Shown here: positions 46,943 through 58,513 of the stretch, in pieces
Layout of the letters: every line of letters starts with the position of its first letter
How positions within the stretch are numbered: the stretch's first letter is position 1
From: Nemertoderma westbladi
Lineage: Eukaryota; Animalia; Xenacoelomorpha
Reading direction: 5' to 3'
Assembly: GCA_032718475.1 (NCBI GenBank)
Contig: JAUCBJ010000055.1
Span: forward strand, 62,001 to 126,000
DNA: 64,000 bases
Program-made: the position numbers and the translations under genes
The notes under the pieces: model-generated
What the model saw: only the letters and a program-made list of their open reading frames with translations
Databases searched by the model: none
What the model was told of the DNA's origin: nothing

Positions 46943-47761
46943 CGGCGAGGGTCAGGAGCCTGAAAGCAGACAAGACCAAAGGAGCGACGGTGACCAGGAA
47001 ACGACCAAGGGAGAAGGACGACAGAGGGAAAGAGTTAAGGTGGTTCCCAAAGGCAGGCGGAACGAACTAGAGTTCGATGTGACATGCCTGGAAGGCACCA
47101 CGCGAGACGTGCAAACTCCTAAATACAAATTCATGTAATCTAAATAATTGAAAAGTGCAATTAGCATGTACGTACGTAGTAATCATTATTAGTTTAGCAA
47201 GTAAATACAATCGAAGTAAGTACTATAGTCATACAACCTTTTCTCGATTAGCTACTGGGACTGGGGACCAATAGACTATAATACTATCACGGAAGAGACA
47301 CTGGACGACATCACACTTCTTGAGTGCGACGGCACAGGAGGGGGGTGAAGCTCGTCGGGAGTGAGTGGGTGAGATAGGGGTTGAGTTGTAGTGCGGAGAG
47401 AGTGCGGGTGCAATTCAAGTGTGGGGGGAGAGGAATAAGAGGCTGAGTGAGGGACAGGGAAGTCCGAGAGTTAGAGCGGAAGTAAGAAGGAGTAGAGGAG
47501 AGTCAGAATGAGAACAGAGTGGAGTTAGAGTGGCGAAAGTGTTGGGGAAACAAAGGTCGTGTGAGAGGAGCGCACGATCGGCCCGGCACGGGGCGCCAGA
47601 TAAACAGGGTAGCGATATCATACCCATAGGGAGCGGCCTGGAAAGCAGGCTCCGAAAAAATAATTCCACCCCACTCCCGATACTAGATCGGGATCCAGCG
47701 GAATTGTAGCGCACTAGAGGTGGATGCTATCTTCTCACCGGGAAGATAGCATGGGGGGGAG

Positions 47762-48331
47762 TGTTAGCGTATTCAATTCCGCTAGCCAAGCCCACACAAA
47801 GTTAGCTTTCAAGCAATATTGGGAGCACGAGGTTGGTTACCAATCAACCTCGTGTCACCCCAATAAGCGGGGACAACAGGCCCCAAAGGGAACACACACA
47901 CAACGGGGGTCAGAGGTTACACCTCCGGGAGAGAGAGAGACAACAGCAGCAGGGGGAAACACTCCCAGGGAGATGGGAGGGTGAGAAGTGAGTTATTAGC
48001 CAATAGGGGGAAGGCATCGGCTGAGTAACGCAATATGGCCAACCGGTGCAATATATTACCAGCTACCATGTCATTCACTTCAGTTATCTCATTCAGTTAG
48101 TCGGTTCAGTTAGGGCAGAGCGGTGACTTCTAATACCGTCCGCTGCCGCCATCATTCATTTATATTTTATATCCTATTAATTCAATACTGCAATAACTGT
48201 GTCTGTTCTTATCCTATTATATTTATACTGCTACAGCGTCAACAATATCAGAACTCTTAATCCGACAATAAACCCTTTTCAATCACATGGCGGGGACGCG
48301 TAAATAAAAGAACCGGGATAAATTGGGAACA
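47762..48331 (+). repeat. 3' LTR of element B (terminal hairpin partly deleted)
   Basis: Matches 6888-7472, ends in ACA, then TSD AGAGT. Confidence 0.93.
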
Positions 48332-48809
48332 AGAGTTAGAGTAGTAAGAGAGTTAGATAGTAGGTAGTTAGTAAGCTAGAGAGTTAGAAGATAGTAGGTA
48401 GTTAGTAAGTTAGAGAGTTAGATAGTATGATAGCACAGGGGTAGCATTAGAGATTAGGGCCTTAGGGAGTGGCAGAGAGTAGAGAGGAGATAGTGAGAGG
48501 AGCTGTTGGCAAGAGAGAAGTTAGAGTGCGATTCAGGTGTGGGGAGTTAGAGCGGAGTTCGACTGGAGAAGTTAGAGCGGAGTTAGAGTTATAGTGGAGA
48601 GCTTTTAAAATTGTGTGAGAGTCCACAATTGGCTCGACACAAGACGTCAGACTGGGTAGCATTATCATACCCATAGGGAGCGGCATGGAAAGCCGACTCC
48701 AAGAAAATAACTCCACCCCACACCCGATAGTAGATCGAGTTCCAGCGGAATTGAAGCGCACTTAGAGGTTGATGCTATCTTCTCACCGGGAAGATAGCAT
48801 GGGGGGAAG

Positions 48810-49397
48810 TGTGAGCGTATTCAATTCTGCCTCACCAACCCCCATAAAGTGGGAAAGAGCGCCTTTAAGCAATATTGGGGAGTACGAGGTTGATTAACAA
48901 CCAACCTCGTATCACCCACAATAAACGGGGACGACAAACCCCAGAGGGCCTCACACAATGGAGGTCAGAGGTTAAGCCTCCGGGGAGAAGGAAAGTAACA
49001 GCAGCGGGGGGGGGGAGGGGAACACCCCCGCAGAGCTGAAAGCGAGAAGTAGGGTATCAGCCAATGGGGGGACAGGAGAGGCATCAGCTAGGTAATAGGG
49101 CCAACATAGCAGTATATTACCGGTTGGTGTTTCTCATTTGTGCAGTTTAGTTAGTCAGCTACCGGTCTTAGTGTAGAAGGAGAACATTGTTTTACCGTTG
49201 CCACTGGTATGTCATTCAATAGTTATCTCATGTATTCAACTTGTTCAACCAGCTTATGCTATTATACAACGCTGTCACACATTAACTCTTATATTATTAT
49301 ACCTACATCATATATAACATCCTACAGTCCTATACCAGCTTGACGACACGTACGAAACAATTACTCCGGTCGGGATTGATCCGTCGATCCCGTCACA
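48810..49397 (+). repeat. 3' LTR of element A
   Basis: Matches 2861-3435, followed by TSD GTCCT. Confidence 0.95.
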
Positions 49398-52018
49398 GTC
49401 CTGCCAGGCGGAGGCGATTTTGTTCTAGTGTCAAGCTTGGGGGAACCAATGAGACACCTCCAATGTTATATAGTGCCTGGTTGGAGATGTGCGCATTGTA
49501 CTTGACAGAATGAACCCGGCGTAGCATTCTTGTGAATGTGCCATCCAGAGATTTGGTGTCCTCAGCAGTTAGAGCCCAGCATGGACTCCCGTAGAGGAGT
49601 ACTGGAACTACTGATGCTCTAAATAATCGGACCTTAAGTTTCCGATTAATTCTCGGTGACTTCCAAATCCTGGAAAGCCTATTCAAGGCTGCCCATGCCT
49701 TTCCCTTACGTATTCGAAGGTCCTCACCTGACTTCCGGATCCATAATCCCAGGTAACAGAAGTCGTCCACATGCTCAAGCATACCATCCTTTGAGCTTAT
49801 GCTCATCCGATCAGAGACTCGCTGAGGACTTTCAAAGTTAACTGTCAGAACTTTGGTCTTTCTGGAGTTAATAAAAAGACCAACACTAGAAGCAGCATGT
49901 TCCAATGAGCTGAGGAGCCGTTGGGCTCCCTCTAATGATTCTGAGAGTACTCCTAAGTCATCAGCAAAGTCTAGATCAGTTAGGTACTTGGCAGGATTTC
50001 CTCGACTTCTGGAGCCAGTAGGTGGAGTTATCATCACCCCATCATCATTATAATGATCTAAGGACATGCGTAGAACATAGTCAACCACAATCATGAACAA
50101 GAATGGTGCAAGTGTGTCTCCTTGGAGGACGCCCCATAACACTTCAAATGGTTCTGTGTCACCATCAACAGTAGACACAAATGTTGTCAAACCATCGTAT
50201 ACTGATCTGATTGCTGCAATAATTTCATCAGGAATCCCATATAATGAAAGTATGCTGAACATACGTGAGCGAGAGACGAAGTCAGAGGCCTTGAAGAAGT
50301 CAACAAAGATAACAGCCAGATGCCTGTCTTTCTTTTTTGATAACTCTTCAATTATCCTTCTAAGTGCCAAAATGGGCTCCATGGTCCCACGACCTTTACG
50401 GAACCCATTCTGATTTCCACGGAGCAGTCTCTCAATGGGATCCCTGATGCGATTTAATAGAATCCTATTGTATAGCTTTGCATCAATCGAGATCAATGAG
50501 ATTCCCCGAAAAGAAAGTGTTAGGTTGCCCTTCTTGGGAACTGGCACCAACTTATTTGTTTTCATTTCTTGTGGGACTCTTGTTGTTCGGTACATGTCTA
50601 CTATGATGGGATAGATGAGCTTTAAACACTCAGGTATTTTGAAGACCTCAGGGGGAACACCATCTACTACACTGGCACGATTGGTCTTAATGCTCTTTGC
50701 AGCAGCCTTCACTTCTGCAAAGGAGATATCGCCAATGGGAATATCTGGGAGTACAGACTCAGACACTTTTACTTCTATAAAGTTATCAGGCAATACCCTG
50801 TCATTATTGAGGAGCTTTTCAAAGTGGGCTTTCCAACCATTGAGGCGATCGGCTGGTGATTCAGCCTTAACCTTGGTGGTTGGTTGGCTTTTCCGCCCAG
50901 TAAGCAGATTGATCGATTTCCATGCCTGGGATGATTGCCTGCTGTCGCCAGCATCATTGATGGCATCAACCTGTTGGTTTATTAGCTCCTGTAGATTAAC
51001 AGAGTACTGCCTGTTCAGGGACCTAGATGCAGCCTTAACTGCATTCTTGGCCGCTGTAGTCTGTTTGAGTCGGGACTCTTTCTGCGCCTTATGAAGGTCA
51101 TTTCGGCACTTCTGAATTTTGTTGTCAGTCCAGGGGGCCCTTTTCCTGTTTCGAGGGTATACAGGAACTGTTTTTGCAGCTGCTAACTTAACTGCTTCTG
51201 TAAAGGCCGTATAGCCCTCACAGTGATCTGCCGCCTCAGAGGCAAGAGCCTCATACCTGTTGCTCAGCTGTAGTATGAAGCTGGATCTCACACTTGGCTG
51301 TTGCAACAGAGAGGACCAGTCATGCCGCGGCAAGGCAGATTTCGTTGTTCTGCTAGAACGCAGACTAAGTCTTACCTTGGCCACAATAAGGCGGTGATCA
51401 CTGGAAAAGGGTCGAAGTATATATGCATTACAGTCTTGTATAGAGCTCCTATATTTCCTACGAAACAGAATATGGTCTATCTGGGACTTGTGACCACTGG
51501 GTCCACTATGAGTCCATAGCTTTCCAGTTCGCTTCTTAAACTGGGTTCCAGCCGAAAACAATCCATTTCCAGAGATAAAATCCTGAAGATGGACAGAATT
51601 TCGGTTAACACTATTGCTATAGACCCAGGGCGATGTAGGTGATTGATGCAGACTTGCATTAAAGTCTCCCAGGAATGTTAAGAATGCATGCTGATCCACT
51701 CCATCAGTGGCTGCTTGTAGATTGTGGTAGAAATTTTCCACCTCCTCTACAGGGGCAACACTAGTTGGAGAGTAGCACACAATCAGAACCACCTTAGGGA
51801 ACTTCTTAGCCAGTCTTCCAGAACATGAGAAGTGGCAACGGATGATGCGGTTAGAGATTTGGTCTATTTTGTCCAATGCTGCATGTGCAGTTGGATTCAT
51901 CAATAGACCAATTCCACCATTGCCACTATCATCTGCTGACGCGAGGGCGAGTCGCCAACCACCCCCCATGTCCTTAATCAGAACCTCATCAGTCTGTCCA
52001 GTCTGCATTCGGTGCTCT
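49398..52018 (-). mobile_element. RTE LINE (RTE1) body: APE endonuclease and reverse transcriptase, 5'-truncated
   Basis: 871-aa open frame with GGIGLL, YSPT, GDFNA, QIDHI, SDHR, QNGFR, FVDF, GVLQGDTLAP, DFADD and FCYLG. Confidence 0.95.
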
Positions 52019-52111
52019 CACACCCGATAGTAGATCAGGTTCCAGCGGAATTGAAGCGCACTCATAGGTGATGCTATCTTCTCACCGGGAAGATAGCATG
52101 GGGGGGAGTGT
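52019..52111 (+). mobile_element. Orphan fragment of the A/B/C-type 3' UTR ending at the PPT plus TGT
   Basis: Matches 48719-48812, including the ATGCTATCTTC/GAAGATAGCAT hairpin. Confidence 0.85.
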
Positions 52112-53020
52112 ACTACTACTACTACTACTAGGTCGAGCGAACTCGGACAGTGGAAATGAGATCCTTCCAGGCTTCCCGATTCTCCATAGTTGTCGCAATT
52201 TCGTTTCTCCCAAGTTCAGTATCCCTTTCAAGTTGATCTATATATGTTATGGCAGGTCGTCCACGACTACGCTTTCCATGAGTTGGTTGCCAGAGAAGTA
52301 GATCTGGTATGACCTCGTCTTTACTTCGCCAGCAGTGCCCGCTGAATCTTAATCTGCGTTCACGGAGGGTGGTTGATACAGGTGGTATTGTACCATAAAG
52401 CTCGGCGTTTGTCATGTGTTGTCTCCAGCTGATGTTTAGGGCTGCCCTTAGTAGTCTTGTGTAGCAACCATCAATTCGTTGTTCAAGTGATTTAGTCAGT
52501 GTCCAGGTCTCACCCCCGTATAAAAATACACTTTCCACTGTGGCTCGAAAGAACTTAGTCTTCAGGTGCCTGGAGAGATCTGATTTCCAGATGGTATCCA
52601 TTTTTGAAAGAGCTACCCAAGCCTTTGCTTTCCTAACTTCTATGTCCTTTTTGCTACTCTCTATCCATGATCCAAGGTACTGGAAGTCATCGACCTTCCT
52701 TAGTTGATTATTATCAATGGTTGTCAAGTTTCCATCAACATTAAAGGTCATGAATTCGGTCTTGGTAGCATTTATATGCAATCCAACCTCCTTAGCAGCC
52801 CTCTCCACTTTATTTAGTAGAAACTGTGCATCTGCTAGCGTATTAGAGAGCAGGGCGATGTCATCCGCAAAGTCGGTGTCAGTGACTGTAGTTGCCGGAT
52901 ATCTACTACTTCTGCGTTCTTGAAGTGTGAATCCCAGATCTTCACCCTTTGTGGCCGTCCTCATTGCGTAATCCAGCAAAATTACAAATAGTAATGGTGC
53001 TAATGTGTCACCTTGCAGTA
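52112..53020 (-). mobile_element. Second RTE family (RTE2): 5'-truncated RT C-terminus with (TAG)n tail
   Basis: VLQGDTLAP, DFADDIALL, FQYLGS, RLRFSGHCWR, RGRP; TAC repeats at 52111-52130. Confidence 0.93.
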
Positions 53021-53221
53021 CAAACTATAGTAACGTCTTGAAGAAGGTTACGATTGAGTATGTAATTATTTATTAGCCATTTAATATTGCGTAGGTATTA
53101 GTATTAGACTATGGTGCGCACGTAGCAACAAAACATACTTATGTTAATTGTACATGTACATTGTATATGACGGCCGCATATGCAACAATTTAATTTAACA
53201 GTAAATTATTTGACTTAAAAC

Positions 53222-53350
53222 TTAACCCTATTAAACCCGGGGGGGGGGGGGGGGGTCAATATGACCCTTCCCGTGGTTTTTTTATTATAATTCTGAAACA
53301 AACGCAGTTGGGAATCTGAGATTTTATGAATTTTCCTAAAAATCTATTGT
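53222..53350. mobile_element. Possible terminus of a non-autonomous DNA transposon (TTAA-CCCT..., poly-G, GGGTCA..TGACCC)
   Basis: Resembles piggyBac/MITE-like ends, but no partner end was found. Confidence 0.3.
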
Positions 53351-54577
53351 CTTCCTAGTAGTGAAAACCGTTTTCAATATATATTATATATTCATATTTT
53401 ATATTTTATATTTTATTTATTTATATTTGTATATTTTATATTATATATTCAATATATATATATACTCAAACTCGCACCTCGATATGTTGAAACACCCTCT
53501 TCCGATAAACGAGGTTCTCGGGACAGCATGCGGAGATGATGGATATGATAACGGCTGATCTCACTGGTGAATCTACCGAACCCACTCTCACAGTATGTCG
53601 CCCGTATGGACGTGTGGACAAAGAGCGGACGTAGCGTGGACGATTGAACGACGAGCGCGAATCAGCTCTTTGGTCCAACCCGCGGTCCAGACTTTAATGT
53701 AAGGGTTCCAAAGTAAAGCACGTATTCATGCGTCTGCGTCTGTAAAGCGTTTTCAGTGTCGCTTATAGTCAAACCCGACCGATACCTCTCGACACCGACA
53801 TCTCCAACCCCAATTTAGTTGTGAATGCTCTGATGTTGTAAACTCACGTCGTAGAGCCTATATGCGACGGTACTGATGAATGGATTATCGCTCCTCCTAG
53901 TCGAGCTGATCAAACGAAGATTTTAATTCGGGATAATTACCTCGAAAGACGTCCTCTCCATCCCACGTGCTATGGGACTCAGGACCACCCGGATTTCGTC
54001 TTGCTCGGTCAACATTGTGTAACGAAACCCGAGCATCCCACCTGCAGCGTTGATTTCCTATCCCTGGTTAATTCCCTCGACGACACCAAAGTCGAGCCCC
54101 TGAAGAAATATCTTGACCACACTGAAATGCTTATAACCAAGTCAAATATCTTTCGACTCGACCCAAAAGGACAACGAAATATCCCTTCTGAAATATATCA
54201 GATTGTGGGATTACTCCGCGAATTTACAGCGGATTGTGCGATCACGTTAGCCCATAAAAAGTTATTGCGCTATTCTGTTCCCACATCAATCCTGGTTAGC
54301 TAACCTCAACCGGGAACATCTACTGGTGGACCAACCGTACGAACTGTCGCACCCCCTTCTGACTCATTGAAACTTCATCCTTCCGCTGCTGAGGGGCTAC
54401 AAGTGCAAGGTTATCCACCTCCGGTACCTGGTAATGGCTCCCTACTACCGAAACGTCGCAATCGACCCCCAAAAAGAAAAATAACCTGGAAATGTTTTTT
54501 TTGGGTTACTTTTTATTATGCTATTCTACTTTATATGACTTATATTTCTACTTTATATTATGCGTAAAATAAGTACG

Positions 54578-54850
54578 TGGTATCCCCAATAATTCATTTA
54601 GCTTATTTGTTCACGAGCTGAGACCTTTTATATGTATTAGATATATTCTTTAGCACTATAGTTTGCTTATTTAGAAATAATTGGTACCCAATAATTCATT
54701 TAATTTGATTTGTTCACGAGCTGAAACCTTTTATATATGTATTAGATACTCTTGGTCTTGGCACTATAGTTGGCTTATTTAGAGGTGATAGATATTCACT
54801 AATCCACTCGATTTAATTTGTTCACAAGTTGAGATGTTTTTTATATGTTG
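54578..54850 (+). repeat. Three degenerate ~105-bp tandem repeats
   Basis: TTGTTCACGAGCTGAGACCTTTTATATG-like core at ~54607, ~54710 and ~54818. Confidence 0.7.
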
Positions 54851-56195
54851 GTTACGTATGCCCTGTATAATTCTCGTTTGATATTGATAACTGCATTATT
54901 TACTTATTGGATTTCTTTCTATGTACGAATTTGAACTTCTGCCTTGATTTTAACACCTTTGTAGCTAAATGAATGGAAGCGGTGTTGCTGCAGTTATATA
55001 TCCTGCCTTTAAAATTACTTATTTTACCATTTTTACTCAAAAACGGTATTTGTATTGATAAAGGACCAGTTACGGTGTCATAATAATTATTATGACACCG
55101 TAACTGGTCCTTTATCAATAAAAATAACTATTTGTCTAATAATAATTTGTTAGGAATAATTATAATTATTCCTAACAAATTATTCTCTAGTAAAGGGTCT
55201 TACGCTATCTAGTGCTATTATACCTATATTCGAACTAATCTATTCAATCTGTAAGCCTCAATGGAATACGTGATGTCTTATTGCCCCAATGGAATACGTG
55301 ATGTCTTATTGGTCCAAATTATTCTATTAACTATACCTAGTATAAATATTCGTTGGTTGGCCTACTCAGGCACTTGTAATCCGTGTCCTGAAGAATAATT
55401 TCCTTCACATGCAGGCTCTTAAGCACTGGTCAGATTACTGACAATCGGTGTTTATTACATGTCTTAGTATAATGTCCTTATGTCTTGTAATATCCCTTGT
55501 TAATTATTATTATTAATTGATATTCTGTCGTTAAACTCAATTTGTTCTCGTATTGTTTAATATACCGCCAATATTACGTAATCAAGGAGGTTTTACACGC
55601 GCCATAACAGGTGGGTCTCTGCAATTAAGTATCAGTGATAATCTGGACAATTGTATTAGATTCGTGTGTTGTCTTACCTCTGATTTACTAAATAATTAAT
55701 ATATGGCGATATACCAGACCATTAATATAAGAAAAGCACTTGTTATTGATTGTATCACGATTGAGAGTTGTCATAAATTGATTGCGATATAAATATGCAT
55801 ATAATTATACATAAAGACAAGTCACTATACGTTTCCCCTAAAGGCAAACACAAACACCGAACTTGAGCCCTTACAGAATTAATTTGTCAGTCATTTACTT
55901 GTTATACTTTGTTGTCACACCCTCCCGGTATAGTATCTCAGTTAAATACAATAGATAATCAAATACCGTATCGAACCAAATAAGTTATAAAGCAAATCAA
56001 TACATGAGAAGGAAAGGAAAGGGAAGTGATCGACACAGTGAGCGGTCCTTGTTGACAGGTACACTGGTGCAATCCCGTTTATTGTCCAGTGGTCAAGGAG
56101 CCCTAAATGCATAGATTCTCTGCACAGGTATTAAACAAGTCAAAATATATGCAATTGAGATTGGAAGAACATATTGTACTAAAAGCGCTAACAGT

Positions 56196-57507
56196 GGTAA
56201 AGGAAACATCGTTGCAGACACAGTCTCACGAGCAGTATGTGCCTCTGCTGCCATTGCCCTCCCAACTATTGACTACACCAAGTTAGCTGCTGACCAAGAG
56301 TGCGAAGAGATCAATGCCTACCAAACAGCCATTACTGGAATGGCACTTGTCGATGTCCAACTGACAAACAATGTCTCCATCCTATGTGATACCTCCACCG
56401 GCAAACCGCGCCCTATTGTCCCAGCAACATGGACCCATCGTAAATTTGGTGCAATTCATGGACTCTCCCACCCGGGGCGTCGACCCATACAGCGCGCCAT
56501 ATCTTCCTGTTTCGTTTGGCATGGACTCAAGCGTGATGTGCGCCGCTGGGTCAAAGGTCACCCAACATGTGCATGGACCCGTGACTCAACGCCCGCATGC
56601 AGAGCGACGTTTCGGCAGTTTTCACGTCGACCTTGTTGGACCTCTTCCAGAGTCTGAGGGCAATGTCTACCTCTTCACAATAATGGACCGCTTCACATGC
56701 TGGCCTGAGGCCATACCAATCACCAATAGCGAGACTGTGACTTGTGTTTGCTCCCTCATCCGCGGCTGGATATCCCTTTTTGGTATTCCAAACGACATCA
56801 CATCAGACCGTGGCCCTCAATTTACAAGCTGCCTCTGGTCCGAACTCGGGGCAACACTCGGCATCTCAACCAACAATACAACTGCCTACCACCCTGCAGC
56901 CAATGGTATGGTGGAGCAGTTGCACCGACAACTGAAATCAGCACTGAAGGCACGCCTAACAGGACACAATTGGATGGATGAACAACCCTTTGTCCTACTC
57001 GGCATTCGTACTGCCTGGTGCGAGCGCACTAATGCATCAGCAGCTGAGCTTGTCTTTGGCACAGCCATGCGTGTGCCAGGTGAGTTTGTGCCAGATACCT
57101 CGCGTGCCACAGCCCCGCCTGATGCTTCCCTCCGCCAGCTGCAGGCTGACATGCGTGCCATACAGCCACCTCCTGTCGTATTCCACGCTGACCCACCAGT
57201 CCACATGCCTCCGGACCTCGAAAAAGCAACACACGTGTACATCCACCACGATGCTCACCCCGCACCCTTACGGCGACCTTATGACGGTCCATTCCGCGTC
57301 CTCCAAGCTGGTGACAAATCCTTCATTGTCGACTGCAATGGCAAAGAATATACTGTCTCTGTGGAAAGGCTGAAAGCCGCCTACCTGCCAATGCAGCCTC
57401 CGACCCAGCCCATTCCACAACCTCACCAGCCTCCTGGTTCGCCACTGCCAGCAACTGTAACACGCTCAGGCCGTCATGTCCGCCGGCCAGCCCGTTTCCC
57501 TGACTGA
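56196..57507 (+). pseudogene. pol: Ty3/Gypsy pol 3' remnant (RNase H end and integrase), followed by a PPT and LTR start at ~57564
   Basis: GKGNIVADTVSR, HGLSHPG, HVDLVGPLP, TSDRGPQF, YHPAANGMVE, RPYDGPF; GGGGGGAGG then TGTGG. Confidence 0.92.
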
Positions 57508-57676
57508 CGAATCGCCACCTCGTCCAGGAACTCGGCCCTGTCCTCCTCGCTGGGGGGAGGCCCTGTGGCGCCCCTAAAGGACCGAACAGTCTTCTGCGCC
57601 TCTTAGCAACTGATTATATTATATTATTTGTGTGGAAGGATTTTTTATGTTGGATTATCCTCGTCCCACAATGGAT

Positions 57677-57850
57677 CCGAAGTCAGGTGACGACCTTTCG
57701 ATACTCAAGGGAAAGGCATGGGCAGCGTTACATAGACTGTCCAGGATTTGGAAGTCCCATAGAATAAAACGGAACCTTAAGGTTCCATTATTTATGGCTG
57801 TAGTAGTACCAGTACTCTTATATGGGAATTCATGCTGTGCTGTAACTGCT
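57677..57850 (+). mobile_element. RTE1-related RT fragment (also at ~63916-64000)
   Basis: KSGDDL..KGKAWAAL.RLSRIWKS..VVPVLLYG matches RTE1. Confidence 0.85.
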
Positions 57851-58513
57851 GCAGACAGACAGACAGACAGGTTTGTAACCTATTCTTACAGTTAGTTACC
57901 TGTCGGTTCATGACTAGAAACGGTCTGTCTGTCTGTCTGTTAGTTACAGACTACTATTGCAGTGTACTCTCATCTAATAATAATTGTTTTATTTGGAATG
58001 CATAACAGACATTCCCTACCCTGCATAATACTCAATGCAAATATAGTAATCAAATAAATAAAAATGATTTAATGTATTAAAAGGTTCTGTGTATTACCAC
58101 TTTATTGAGAATTTTACATAAATTATTAATAAGTGTTTCAATTTGCCCTTGCTCCGTGCTAGATTCCTTGTTTTGGTTTAGGACAGGGTATAGGTTTAGG
58201 TTTTGGTAGGGTTTGGTTTAGGCAGCCCAGAATAGGACACCTGATAGATATAAATTATTTAATGTAATAAACACCTGACTCATCACCTCTCGCTTATTGC
58301 TGAATACACAACGGATATACATCAGTGGTTGTTCCTGCAGTTATACATCCTGCCTTTAAAATTACTTATTTTACTTAAAAACGATATTTTTATTGATAAA
58401 GGACCAGTTACGGTGTCATAATAATTATTCCTAACAAATTATTCTCTAGTAAAGGTTCTTACGCCATCTAGTGCTATTATACATATATTCGAACTAATCT
58501 ATTCAATCCTCAA

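Larger units (their letters stand above)
6888..48331 (+). mobile_element. BEL/Pao element B: formerly full-length (gag, pol, accessory ORF), interrupted by D and partly inverted
   Basis: LTRs at 6888-7472 and 47762-48331, TSD AGAGT (6883-6887 and 48332-48336), PPT before 47762. Confidence 0.92.
2861..49397 (+). mobile_element. BEL/Pao element A: non-autonomous, outermost LTR element of the stack
   Basis: TG...CA LTRs at 2861-3435 and 48810-49397, 5-bp TSD GTCCT, polypurine tract (PPT) GGGGGGAAG before the 3' LTR, and internal sequence homologous to B and C. Confidence 0.93.
54981..57850 (+). repeat. Copy 1 of a local duplication (copy 2 is ~58328-64000 and interrupted by the P element)
   Basis: Blocks 54981-55248, 55249-55612 and 56139-57753 match 58328-58508, 62204-62566 and 62565-64000. 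Confidence 0.88.

Noticed and set aside
57853-57942. MITE with inverted (GACA)n/(TGTC)n ends
   Set aside because: Microsatellite-based, with no clear TSD or second copy in the window.
58190-58222. Interstitial TTAGG telomeric repeat
   Set aside because: Only a few degenerate units; too short to support.
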